NCBI RefSeq assembly: GCF_009914755.1
Contig: NC_060936.1
Reading direction: 5' to 3' (one strand)
Length of the DNA: 64,000 nt
Origin: the human T2T-CHM13v2.0 reference genome, Homo sapiens
The translations under genes and the position numbers were made by a program. Below, in pieces: positions 14,128 through 29,463 of the stretch. Position 1 is the stretch's first letter, and each line of letters begins with the position of its first letter. A model generated the notes under the pieces. That model did no database searches. It worked only from the letters and a program-made list of their open reading frames with translations, and was not told where the DNA came from.

Positions 14128-14543
14128 GTGCATTAATTTCTTAGGGCTGTCTCTGGGTGGCTTAAAACAACAGAAATTCACCTCATCGCTTTGAAGGTCA
14201 GCCAACTGAAATCAATGTGTCAGATGTCATGTTCTCTGAAGCCTCTAGGGAGGAACTTCTCCTGCTTCTTCGAGCTTCTGGTAGCCCCAGGTATTCCTTA
14301 GCTTGGAGCAGCATGACTACAGATTTTGTTTCCATCTCCATATTAGAATTCTCTCTGAGTCTGTGTCTTCACAGGGCTATCTTCTTATATGGACACCAGT
14401 CCTATTGGATCAGAAACCAGTATGACCTCATCTTGACTAATTACATCTGCAATAACCCTGTTTTCAAAGAAGATCACATTCTGAGGCACTGGAGGTTAGG
14501 ACTTCAACATATTTTTTGGAGGGACATAATTCAACCCATACCA
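14128..14543 (-). mobile_element. MLT1 (MLT1B/C-like) solo LTR
   Basis: ggcttaaaacaacagaaatt...gacctcatcttgactaattacatctgcaa...ggttaggacttcaacatat...aattcaacccata. Confidence 0.85.
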
Positions 14544-15089
14544 GCATATACACCTCTATTTCAACATTTTATCTTTTTGAGAAAATGAAACATTTTAAAA
14601 ATGTGAACAATAGCATATATGATTTCTCCCAGAATAATTTCTAACACGATTTTTCATGTTCTGTTTGGCATGGTCATGTCTCGCCTTCTTTAGTGTATTT
14701 GCTTAGAAATCATAAGCAATAAATATTTCCTAAAAGCTTTCATATTCTCATATGCTGGGAAATACACATACTCACAGATACATACATACATACGTACACG
14801 TAAAATAATTACAACGGTAAAGATGAATATTCTGAAACTTGTGCATAAGTCTGCCTTTAAATATAAGCTGCAACTAAGACTTCCTTATCATAGGCAATGC
14901 TATAATTAACATATCTACTGTGCAACCATTTTACTATTGAGCCTTCTGATATTGTTTTGGGCCAGGCTGAAGTGAAATGCTAAAATATTATATTATATTC
15001 ACAGTTTAGATGGTGCAGTCTTTTCTTTAGCATTTAGAATCCAAAGTATATTTTGTTGGGTACCCCATCCAGGAGGAAGAATGCTGCAT

Positions 15090-15265
15090 TGAAAAGAATG
15101 ATTTAATTGGGAATCCCACTCTGGCTTAATGGCTCTAACTGTTAAACCTGTCTCAGCCTTAATTTCCTCATCTTTAAAAGTGAAAGGGCTGTTGTCAGGA
15201 TGAAATTACATAACATGACGAAATGCCTTTTCTCACCGTTGGGTGCAGAGATACCTGAGAAAGAG
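15090..15265 (+). mobile_element. MIR SINE
   Basis: MIR core aacctgtctcagccttaatttcctcatctttaaaagtg. Confidence 0.7.
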
Positions 15266-15320
15266 TTACTCAAATCTGCTTAGGAATTTGTAGCAAGTGA
15301 AGCGTAGGTTTTGGGGGATA

Positions 15321-15636
15321 TTTTCTATTTTGAGACAGAGTTTTACTGTGTCACTCAGGCTGGATGGAGTACAGTGGTGTGATCAAGGCTGACTGCAGCC
15401 CATACCTCCAAGGTTCAACCAATCCTCCCATCTCAGGCTCCCGAATAGCTAGGACCACAGGCACGTGCCACCACACTGAGCTTTAAAATATATATATATA
15501 TTTTTTTTTTTTTATTTGTAAAGATAGTGTCCCACTATGTTGTCCAGACTGGTCTCAAACTCCTGGGCTTAAGCAGTCCTCCTGCCTCAGCCTCCCAAAG
15601 TGCTAGGATTATAGGCATGAGCCACCGTGCCCAGCC
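15321..15636 (-). mobile_element. AluJ
   Basis: Reverse Alu with J-type features (ctcctgggcttaagcagtcctcc); linker expanded to (TA)n/T-run. Confidence 0.9.
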
Positions 15637-16599
15637 TAGCATAAGTTTTACAACCTAATGCCTAGAAGGTTAGAACAAATAAAACCACTGTTACCCCCAG
15701 ATATAAGTACAGCTCTCCTATTTGTAGTACTAGTCTTCATTTCTAGCCCCACTTCCTTCATCTTTCCATTTAAGAAAGGAAAAGTGAAAAGGAAGGAGAA
15801 AGATGGCAGTCCCATGTGCCACCTTAGAGACACACCACCTCCCCTTAGGTTTCTCTGCTTTAGTCATGGGTTAGATTAGTACAACTTGCACCTGTGAGTG
15901 AGAACTGTCATTGATCAGACTGACTTCTCTCACCAGCTGAAAGACAAAAAATTCAATTGATTCAGAGTTCCTTGTTTATTGGGCACTCATCAACAAAAGC
16001 ACAGATATTGCATCCTGAGTTTGACTTTTTAGCACGCCAGAGAACTTGGAGGATAAGCAAATTCTGGCTTATTTGATCCTACCGTGTTATTGCTTTTCTG
16101 GGGACTGCTTAATTGAAGCAAGAATGCTATTTCAAGTAAAATACATCAAAAGGCATTTCATTTAAACCTAGTTAATTCTTTACAAGGCCCTGTAGTAAAC
16201 AAAATAGAGCAGCTATATTCTTCACTCTTCACTTTCTTCTGCTATTAATTTCAGTTCTCAATGTGATCAGCAACTTTTTCTTCCAGGTAGTTATAGCTAA
16301 GAAGAACTCTTCTTGTTGACAGAGGGAGATAAAGAAGTTGAGAAGAAAGGTTAGAGAAGAGGGCCAAGTCTGGTCTAGTCAAGTCAAATCAGGTCTACTC
16401 CGGTGTCTGCTATACATTTATATATGATCTTAGTTAAGGCAAGGTATATGTCTAGGGCAGTTTCCTTACTTGTAAAATAAACAGATTGCATTACATAAAC
16501 TTCAATTAATATTTTTAGAGTAAGGGTCCACTCATTGAAACTCTGATAATTCCCGTAGATTTTTCCCACCTATCTGGATATATGTTAAGTACAATTTTA

Positions 16600-16980
16600 T
16601 ATGTAATGTAGCAGTCGTAGACCCCCTTGAACAATGTGCACAGACATACCTGGCTTCCTTTTCCAAGGTCACTTCATGGTCCAAATGACTGTTTCACATC
16701 CAGTCGTGTCTGTTTTATTTCTGTTGGAAAGACAGCACGAAGGAGAAAAGGGTGATGATGAAAAACTAGCAAAGGGCATGAGCGAGAAGTGATTTCAGGA
16801 AGGCTCCTGGGAATTGCCACATGACATTTTACTTACATCTCATTGGTCAGAAACTTGGCCATGGCTGATATATGGAGTCTTCATTTTGGGTAATATGTGC
16901 CAGGTTAAAAGTTGGGAGTTCTCTTTCTTTGGAAGGAGAGACGGGTGATAACAGGTGACATTTATCAGTCTCTGTTGCAA
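16600..16980 (-). mobile_element. Old MaLR LTR (MLT1J/K-like)
   Basis: acttcatggtccaaatgactg...acttacatctcattggtcagaaacttggccatgg...tcagtctctgttgca. Confidence 0.6.
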
Positions 16981-17242
16981 AGATGTATAGATAAATACTC
17001 AGTAAACAAACAAAAAGGACGGTCAATATTAACTCCACGGAAAACAAGACATTGTATAAGAAATGAAATATAATCAGAATGTTTCACATGATGTGGCTAT
17101 GAATCATATATACATAGTTAAGATGATATAATTACTAAATATTGATTTAAATAAAAACTGCGATAGAACAATGAATACCAAATGCTGAAGGGGAAGTAAA
17201 ATATCTAAATCCTCAATATCTATTTTATAATAGCCATAACTA

Positions 17243-17544
<302 letters not shown>

Positions 17545-17552
17545 TCATAGCT

Positions 17553-18126
17553 AGATGTCCAACAATGGTGAATGGATAAGGAAAATGTGGTATACATACA
17601 TAATGGGATGCTATTCAGCCATAAAAAAGAACAAAATCTTGTCATTCACAGCAACATGGATAGAACTGGAAGACATGATATTGAGTGAAATAAGCCAGGA
17701 ATAGAAAGTTAAAAATCATATGTTCTCACTCATATGTGGGAGCTAAAAGAATATTTTCATGCAATTAAAAAGTAAAACAGAAGGCACTAGAGGCTGGGAA
17801 GGACAGGGAGAAACAGGGGATAGGGAGGGATTTGTTAAAGTATATAAGAGATATAGCTAGATAAAAGGAATAAGTTCTAGTGTTCTATACCACTGTAAGA
17901 TGACTATAGTTAATAATACTATACTATATAGTTTCAAATAGCTAGAAGGAGGATTGAATGTTCCCCATACAAAGAAATGATCAATGTTTAAGATGACGGA
18001 CGTGCTAATTATCCTGATATGATCCCTATACATTATATGTGTTGCAGCACATATAATGTTTATTCATTGTGTACTGAATAAATATGTACAATTATTATTG
18101 TCAATTTAAATTTTTTAAATTAAAAA
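17553..18126 (+). mobile_element. L1MA-type 3' end (ORF2 end plus 3' UTR)
   Basis: gaatggataaggaaaatgtggtatacatac...atgttctcactcatatgtgggagctaaa...ggaataagttctagtgttctat...aaagaaatgatcaatgttt. Confidence 0.88.
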
Positions 18127-18984
18127 TGAGTCTATGGGTGCCCTTATATGTGAGATGAGCCTTTGAAGACAGCAGATAGCTATGTCTTGTTTTTTTAATC
18201 CAACTTGCCACTCTCTGACTTTTAAGTGGGGTGTTAAGACCGTTTACATTCAAGGTTAATATTGATATATGAGGTTTTGATCCTACCATGAAGTTGTTAG
18301 TTGGTTGTTTCATAGTTTCTATTGTGTGGTTATTTTAAAGAATCTGTGGGCTATGTACTTAGGTGTGGTTTTGTAGTAGCAGGTATCATTCTTTCAACTC
18401 CATGTTTAGAACTCCCTTAAGATTCTCTTGTAAGACTGGTCTAGTGGTAATAATTTCCCTTAATGATTGCTTGTCTGAAAAAAAATTTATTTTTCCACTT
18501 ACTCACTTAGTTTGGCAGGGTATGAAATTCTTGGTTAGAATTTCTTTTCTTTGAGAATGCTGAAAATAGGCCCCCAGTCTCTTCTGGCTTGTAGGGTTTC
18601 TGCTGAGAAGTCTGTTGTTAGCCTGACAGGGCTCCCTTTGCACATGACCTGACCTTTTTCTCTAGCTGCCTTTAAGATTTTTTTCTTTAGCATTAACCTT
18701 AGGCAGTCTGATGACTATATGCCTTGGTGATGCTCATTTTGTATAGTATTTGGAATGTGTTCTCTGGATTTCTTGCATCTGGATGTCTACTTCTCTAGCA
18801 AGATTAGGGAAATTTTCTTGAATTGGTTCCTCAAATATGTCTTCCAGGCTGTTTACTTTTTCTCTTTATTTCTCAAGAATGCCAATAATTTGTAAGTTTT
18901 GTTACTTTACATAATTACATAATCTCGTATTTCTCAGCAATTTTGTTCATTTTTAAAAATTATTTTCCCTTTATTTTTGTCTGA
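18127..18984 (-). mobile_element. L1 fragment covering the ORF1 C-terminus and start of the ORF2 endonuclease; no 3' end
   Basis: Minus-strand peptide MVGSKPHISILTLNVNGLNTPLKSQRVASWIKK matches the L1 ORF2p EN N-terminus. Confidence 0.9.
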
Positions 18985-19099
18985 AAAAAATAAAAAGTAT
19001 AAAAAGGAAAAGAAAGAAGGAAAACAAAGACGGATGTCTTCCAATAAATAATGTACAACCATCTTCAAATTAAAAAAATTATTAATATCTAAAACCTAA

Positions 19100-19740
19100 A
19101 AACTAAAAAGAGCTTACTTAGTGAAGCAGATAAGCATATATGAAATTTTTACAAAAATAATTAAAACTATGATAACTACCATGATGGAAAAATATAAAAT
19201 GCTACAAAGATGTGTAGCAAACAAATAATATCATTTTGAGCCAGAGGAAAGGTGTCCCAGAAGTGTCATAGTAAAATGAGTAGGCATTTACAAGACAAAG
19301 AGAAGCGTTCTTTATTCACAGGGACTAGCAGAGCCAAAGGCCCTGAGATAGCAGAGTCAAGGGAAGAGCACATGTGAAGAACTGAATGAAAGCTGGTGAC
19401 TGAAAATGAGCAGTATGAGCTCAGGCTGGAAAGAGAGGTTCTAATCATGCTGGACATTGCAAACAATGTTATGGATTCAGGTATTTGACCTTAAGACAGC
19501 CAGGAATTCAATACAGATTTAAAGCAGGGATGTAGTATGATCCTGTTTGTATATTAAAATATACCTCCATTGAGATGAGCCATAGAGAACTTGTGGAAAG
19601 TGTTGGAAGGGGGCAGGATATATGAGACCAGTTTTGTGCTGTTCGGTTAAGAGATGACACTAATTGCAGCCTAGTTGGATACAATAAAAAATGTAGACAT
19701 ATGGGTGGAATTGAAATATATTTAGGAGGAAAAGTCGATG
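19100..19740 (-). mobile_element. L2 LINE fragment
   Basis: Purine-rich L2 antisense motifs (agccaaaggccctgag, tttaaagcagggatgtagtatgatc). Confidence 0.6.
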
Positions 19741-20539
19741 GAAATTTATTATATATATGAAATAATATATATTACAAATATATGTGTAATATATAATATA
19801 TGTAATAAATGTTATATATATATAACAAAGATATACATATCATTGTAATATTCAGTTACTGGTTCAGAATTTACTTTTTCCTCCTAGAGTATAGCAGTAT
19901 ATACTACCCATATATAAATAAAAATTGAATGAACAAACATCTTGGCCTATGAATAGGAAAATATTGACCCTGTCAAATTTCTAAAAGCTAACAATCTTTG
20001 TTGTAAAGCATCCAACATTTTGGTGAAATTCAGACTTTGGGGAAGTATTGTAGTTAAGTATAGAAATGTTTTTCTTCCGTATCTAAAGGAAGAAATTGGT
20101 TACCTTATGGTAGATAAAACATAATTATTTGGAAATGAGAAATTGTGTCCAGAAGGCATGCTTTGCCATAGCAACCTTAACATTGAGTTACAGTATGTCT
20201 TTCAGTTTTGCAAAGGGTAATTTATCATGGGAGGAATGTGCTGAATATGTCACATTTTACTATCTGCTTATTTAGTTAGATAATCAAGATCTTGACTCTT
20301 GAAATAGAATTATTCTAAGTTTTGTCTTATTTTCATGCTTGTGAATATAATATGTGTATACTTTACATTCATTTTAAATTTTAAATAGAATGAAACAGAC
20401 TAAGTCTAGCTAGGACACACAGGACCTAGAAGCAAAACCATATTTCAGTTTTCTTCCATGACTTTACAACTGTGTGATTGATAGAGACCCAAATATTTTC
20501 TCTGAGATTGACAAATATTTTTCCCAAATCATGCCATTA

Positions 20540-21115
<576 letters not shown>

Positions 21116-21912
21116 TTACTTTTCTCGACATTTATTTTTATATACAGCTAGAAATTTGGACAGATTTAGCCACAGGCGGTTGCTACAAGGAATGAATTGG
21201 TTTTCTTCCCTGGGTAGATGTTCTAGTTTTGTTCAAGTTGGTTCTGAAGTATGTGTAGGATTTGGTCTATTCTTAGATACTGCAGCAGGGTACTCCAGCT
21301 GAGTCCAAATATGTGTAAACTTTCCCCAGAACACTACCTTAATACTCCTTACTTAAAATCATCATATGCCTTTATGTTTAAATTTAGTGATAAAAGCATC
21401 TAAAGAATAGGTTCTTAAAGAAACTGGAATTTGACTTTCTGTATGATAGCCTTATTTTATGTTTGTAATACAACTAAAGAGGTAACCTCTGTTTATGGCT
21501 TTTAGATTTGGAATGTTCAGAAGAATTCCATAGCTTGGTCAGTTATGATTTCCTGATATTCTTACTCGGAAAGGAAATTGCCATATTTCCTCAAATCTAA
21601 AGAAACACATCTTTAGATATTTTTAACATTTTTGGAAATGTTTTTTAAAAGGCTTGTAATTCATACATGTCTTTAATGTCATAGTGTTTCCTTCCTCTCA
21701 CCAAGCTGATATTAAATTGCCAGATGTTTTATAGGCAATGCCATCTTTGGCCAGAGAAAATTTGGTAAGTGCCATTGCTAGCACAAACTGAATAGCATTA
21801 CCTAATTTCAAGGAGGACAATTGTCAAAATCATTGACAATGCTAATAGTTTAGGAGATTTATATATGATGATGTTCTTCCTTAATTTAGCCACTATTTTA
21901 GTTTCACATTTC

Positions 21913-22310
21913 TCATTCAGTCATCCATCAGTACTTACTGAATTTCTGTTGTGTACCAGGCAGTATTCAAGACGCCAGGAACACAAAGATGATGCTTGTA
22001 CTCCAAGATGTTGCAATACAGCAGGCCACTAAGGATGCAATGTCAGAACTCCTATTATAGCAATAATTACAAAGTAGTGAGAAAGTATAGAGAGGAGGCA
22101 CTTGATTCTGCCTCAGAAAGAAGAGAAAAGCTCACAGAACTGGTAAACTTTGCATTCTCAGATAGGTGATGGTATTAAAGGTAGAGGAAATAATATGACC
22201 AGAAGTGCATGAGAATGTTGTAGAATGGCAAGACTATACAGTGTATGTTGGTTAAATAGAGAGAATTGAACTGTAAGGGAGAAGACACATTGTGTGGGTC
22301 TCAAGATTTC
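21913..22310 (-). mobile_element. L2 3' end
   Basis: tcattcagtcatccatcagtacttactgaattt...gtgtaccaggcagtattc is the reverse L2 3' terminus. Confidence 0.65.
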
Positions 22311-24619
22311 ACCACACTTTCATATATATATAGACAAACAGTCTAACATGTTAACTCCCTTGATAGCCATGTAACACAAACTCCAATTCATTGTCTTATT
22401 GTTTATCCTTGCAACAAATAATCGTCTTTGCCTTACATATGCAACATACCACTTGTATAATTACAGGTTTGTATATTTTTATAAAAATACTGAACATTAA
22501 ATGCAAAGTAGAATTTATGCAGTTCTAATAGGATTATTTTTCCTGCTTCTATGAGCATCTTTCTGCAGCAGATTATCATTTATTTGAATTTATAACTGAC
22601 ATTGACAAACAACAAAAGTATATTGATGTTGCATGTATTCACTTTTTAAAAATACTAACATGCTTTAAAATCTAAATTGAAAAACTTGGAAACATTGTTT
22701 TCATTCTACGGAACATTAATTGAAAGTAGAGTGTCATCCTAAATGAATCATTGTTATCAATTCTGCTGGTGCATTAACTGAAAAGCATAACTGGAAGAAA
22801 TGTATTGTGATATACATTTTCAAACACTAACAAAGGCATTCCAGTTTACATCAAAACAAGGAAGTAATAGGAGGTAGTACCTACAGATACCAACCTTAAA
22901 AATGGCCCTAAAGTAGTTTTATTCCTAGTTTAAAAAGAAAATCTGAACTTAAAAAAAATGTGTGATCATGTTTTATGCAAATCTAAAAGCAAGCTTCATC
23001 TCTCTAAATAGTCATGACTTTGTCCTATTTTAAATGGTTAAATGGGAGAATCTGTGAGAGTCACTACATTTTGCCTGTGGCTACTTTTCTACCCTGAAAT
23101 TTCAGAGTTTGTTGTTATGTAAAACAAAGCAATTTTCCTGCAGTCCTCCTTGGAGGAGAGCTCTGATGTATGAAGGAAGTGTTGATCTATTGCCATTTCC
23201 CTGAGCACATTCAGCAGCAGCCAAGGGAAAAGGGTTTGGCTGGAGAAGAATCGTTGGGTGACCAGCGTAGGGTGTAGGTGTCAGCTGGGGGGTAACTGCT
23301 GTCTCAGATCAGCATCTAGCTGACAACCCACAGCCTGAGAACTAGTCAAATGTGACAAATCTCCCCTTGCAATTTGATGGGATGCCCTGCTTGGCTTCTC
23401 GTAGCCAGAAGAAGAAAAGCAGATTTCAGATTAAGGCTATGTAACTCCATTCAGAGATAAAGTAGGATTTTCCTGTGCTAATTTGTATTATTTTCCACAG
23501 GAAATGAGAGTGAAAGAGAAATCCTTTGTTAAATGGACTTTAGCAATAACCCTGTATTAGGAGCCTTTCTTTTCTCCTGGGCTTCTTGTCTTGAATACCT
23601 GTTTCATATCTGGTGTTTTGGTTTTATGCCTGTTTAAAAAGTAGGATGGCTTCTGTGAGAGTCACCATAAAGCTGGTTGGACAACAAAGTCCTTGCTGCC
23701 AAATCATGTGCTGTAATCCTGTTAAGTACCTGTACAATAGTGTAACAGCTGGTGCAGGCTGCAGTTGGTGTGTTAGTGTGCTATGTTGAGACTTGGGATC
23801 CATGCAGACAATGAGCTGGGTCGGCTTAGAACAGACCCAAGTACCCCTCAGACAGCTGGTCCAGTAACTATACACTAGCCAATCTTGGGAGAGAGACTCA
23901 TCAAATAACATTAATTTTCTTCTCTACCAGACAGTAAGGTAACCAAAGCCAGGTTGGTTGTGGTGCCTTGGGATTTTTACCTAATGATCTTCTGGAAAGC
24001 AGATGCATTGGCAGGAATTGTAAGCTTCTGAAAACCCAACTAGTATTACAGAGTAAACCTTTCTCACCATGGGGGATTTACAGGAGTGGGGTACATTAGT
24101 GTTAGATCATTATAAAGTATTTTGCTGACTACTGCAGAATTAATGGCATTTTTATGGCTCTCGGTTAATGACTGTCAAGAAATAAGAGTCTATATCGGTT
24201 CAAATTGTAATTTTAAATCAAACTAGCCAGCTGTCAGATGCATGCAGCACATGCAGACGCCTTATTGGTAATATTTGGTGCTTCCCTTACATCCATCAGG
24301 CTATAAGATCATTGCTTGGAACTGCAATTGTTTTGCATATGCTTGATGTAAATTTTATCACAACAAAAGCAAAGCAAGTTGTCACTTCTAAGAGGCAGTT
24401 TCCATGTCCTTGAAGGAAACATGATTTTCTTCAGCATTAGAGTAACTGAAATTTTTGCTATTTATTGAGTACTTGATTTATTTATTTTTTGTTTTAGTTT
24501 AAGCTCAAGAAAACTATAACCTCACTTCCTGCATTACTGAGTGCAAGGATATCTGAAGTGAGTTCATTCAAATCTCTGTTCTTCTCACACTGCTAAATTG
24601 TCCATATCTTTAGTCAGAA

Positions 24620-26480
<1,861 letters not shown>

Positions 26481-26857
26481 TTAATGGATTGTTTTTAATT
26501 AGAGTCTCTTGGCTCATTATCTTGGTATTTCTTGAGGCTGACAGAGTTATCAATTTTGCTTTCATTTGTAATTTTATTCTCACTGATTTGTACACCATAT
26601 CATATGCTATACCTAGGGAAATAGTTAAATGAATTTATGATTAAAGCAGAAAAAGAAGTCAATGCACACATAACTTATCTTCATATTACTAACTAATATT
26701 AGAAGAGAGTAGTGTGTATCTGTTCATTATATGGCAGAAATTGTGGAATATATCCTCAGTCAAATGAGCTGTGTGTCACAGGTACTGATCAGATTATCTG
26801 GCTCCCTTCAGTAAATTTGTGTTGGTTATCATTATTATAGTAAAACTCCACTAGAAA

Positions 26858-27226
26858 TGGATATGTCCATTTTCACACTGCTATAAAGATACTCCCTGAG
26901 ACTGGGTAATTTATGAAGGAACAAGGTTTAATTGACTCACAGTTCCACATGACTGGGGAGGCCTCAGGAGACTTACAATCACATTGGAAGGTGAAGGGGA
27001 AGCAAGGACCTTCTTCACATGGTGACAGGAGAGAGAGAGAGTGGATGAGGGGGAATGTGCCACACTTTAAAACCTTCAGCTCTCCGAAGAACTCACTTAC
27101 TGTCAGAACAGCGTGGGGGAAATGGCCCCCATGATCCAATCACCTTTCACCAGATCCCTCCCTCGACATGTGGGGATTGTAATTCAAGATGAGATTTGGG
27201 TGGGGACACAGAGCCAAACCATATCA
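26858..27226 (-). mobile_element. THE1 (THE1D-like) solo LTR
   Basis: cattttcacactgctataaag...gagactgggtaatttat...gagatttgggtggggacacagagccaaaccatatca. Confidence 0.9.
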
Positions 27227-27587
27227 AAAACCATTACTAATGTCCCAAATTTCATAAATATATACATACACATTAGTAATATGTGTGTGTGTGTACACAC
27301 ATATGCACACACAATGGAAATTTCTTTTGTCAATATGGCATTTATCCAAGACACTTGCAAAATGATTAGCCAAACTTCTATCCTCCAGTATCTTCCTTCC
27401 TTTTACATATGCTGATTCTGGTTTTACATGGCTCTTACTTTCTGATATGCTCTGTTCAGCACCTCCTCTTTGTTAGTTAAAAATTGGCAACACAGACTCA
27501 ACTATAGTTTTTATTTCTTGAGTGTTGATTTTTTGTACTCCTCAGGAGTAATTTAAGTTAGATAAATCTTTTTTTATTTGCTGAAAC

Positions 27588-27935
27588 TTTTTTTTTATTA
27601 TACTTTAAGTTCTGGGGCACATGTGCAGAACATGCAGGTTTGTTACATGGGTATACACATGCCATGATGGTTTGCTGCACCCATCAACCTGTCATCTACA
27701 TTAGGTATTTCTCCTAATGCTATCCCTCCCCTAGTCCCCCATCCCCTGACAGGCCCCAGTGTGTGATGTTCCCCTCCCTGTGTCCATGTATTCTCATTGT
27801 TTAACTCCCACTGATGAGTGAGAACATGAGGTGTTTGGTTTTCGGTTCTTGCATTCGTTTTCTGAGAATGATGGTTTCCAGCTCCATCCATTTCCCCGCA
27901 AAGGGCATTAACTCATCCTTTTTTATGGCTGCATA
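27588..27935 (-). mobile_element. L1PA (PA7-like) 3' end
   Basis: ttttttattatactttaagttctgggg...catgtgcagaacatgcaggtttgttacat...ccttttttatggctgcata. Confidence 0.92.
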
Positions 27936-28309
27936 TATCTTTAACCTTCATTCTACTAAGACAGTTTTCCCAAAATTTTGCTGCATCTCTGAAATCCCAT
28001 ACCTTTAAACTTTTATGCATCACATTGTCCTATAACAGGCATACTGTCATAAAAATGTTGCCCAACTTCTGGTGTTAATTCCATATTCCTGAGTCTTTCC
28101 CCAAAACAGAAGTTTTCTGTTTATTTTGCCATTGGACTCCTACTCCCACTGGTTAAAAAGTTGATGTGAATTTGCCATTATGATTTTGAACAGTTAGTGA
28201 TTGTAATCTTTCCAAATCATTCAGAAAGTGATAAGGCTATGGGGAGCTGGGGTAAGAAAAGATAGTTAATATATGAGGATCAGTCATTTCAGGTAATCAG
28301 TCCTATCAG

Positions 28310-28450
28310 CAGCACCATGAGGAAGAAGCTATAAACTCCATCTCACAAATGGAGAAACAGACTCAGAGTTAAACATGGTCTTGTAGTTCACGTTGTAGGG
28401 TTGGAATTTAAGCCCATGACTGTTGTATTCCAAAGCTCATATGGCTCCAT
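28310..28450 (-). mobile_element. MIR SINE
   Basis: ccatctcacaaatggagaaacagactcagag...ttggaatttaagccca. Confidence 0.6.
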
Positions 28451-29059
28451 TACTCTTGCCATGTTGGGAAGTTCCTCATGTTTTGGAAATGCCTGTTCTC
28501 TAAAAATTAATAAATGCTGTCCATTCTATGTCTGGTTTCCTGCAAGCCCTACTCTGCTTTGTGAAAAAATATTTATTGCTTGATAAGGAATTAGCTTAAA
28601 CTACTTATGCAATATTTGTTTGCTATGCAGTTGCAATCTTAAGCCAGTTAAAATGCGAACTTCCTCTGAGAGTTCATATTTCTGAAACGGACAGTGATTT
28701 TGCTTCAAGGGATCTTTAGCTCTATATGACACACCATGTATATACTTAGTTTGATTATATAAAGCTTTCCTTATGTTGGATTTGTTCTCCCTTCATTCCA
28801 AACAAATATTGCATATGTATGATTAAACACATGATCTGATGAAAATTTGGATGGTGTGTAGAGAAACTTAACAATTTTTATACTGACATTACTGAATAAT
28901 CATTCAATCATGCTAGATAACGTTGCTATATGTCTTTACACAAAATTGGTTGCTAGAAGCTATTATGACCTGTTACTTGGTTCAATGGATTGAATTTTTT
29001 CATGCTAACTATAATTTAAATATATTTGCTTAATACATGAACTCAGAAGTGTTTACTTT

Positions 29060-29463
29060 GAGTCTTAGTCATGCTAAGCTATGCTGGGGCAACAAACAGT
29101 CTTCAAATACTTAGTAGTTTCATGAAGAAAAGGTGAATTTTTCCTTTATAAAGGGTTATGTGCAAGTCAGGAAGCTCCTCTGAGTGACTTTTCTCCAGAT
29201 AGTGAGTCAGGGATCTATTTCCACTATGTGACTTTGTTACATTGGTGGCTTATGCTTACAAGCCTGGAGTGAGTGGAGAGAAAGACTGAGAGCAGCAGAT
29301 GTAAGAGGCCAGGCCTGACAATGCTCTTGCACTTCTGCCCATAACTAGTTGACCACAGCTTGTCATATCACCCCACTTAGATACAAAGACATTGGCAAAC
29401 ATTGTCTTCTGGGGCTGGGAAAAGAAAATAGGTCAGTTGATATACCACAAAGACTCTGACACA
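29060..29463 (-). mobile_element. Old MaLR LTR (MLT1I-like)
   Basis: gctaagctatgctggggcaacaaac...cacttctgcccataactagttgaccacag...ctctgacaca. Confidence 0.6.

Noticed and set aside
16271-16292. Possible recursive splice site tttttcttccAG|GTagtt
   Set aside because: The donor half (GTAGTT) is a poor match to GTRAGT.
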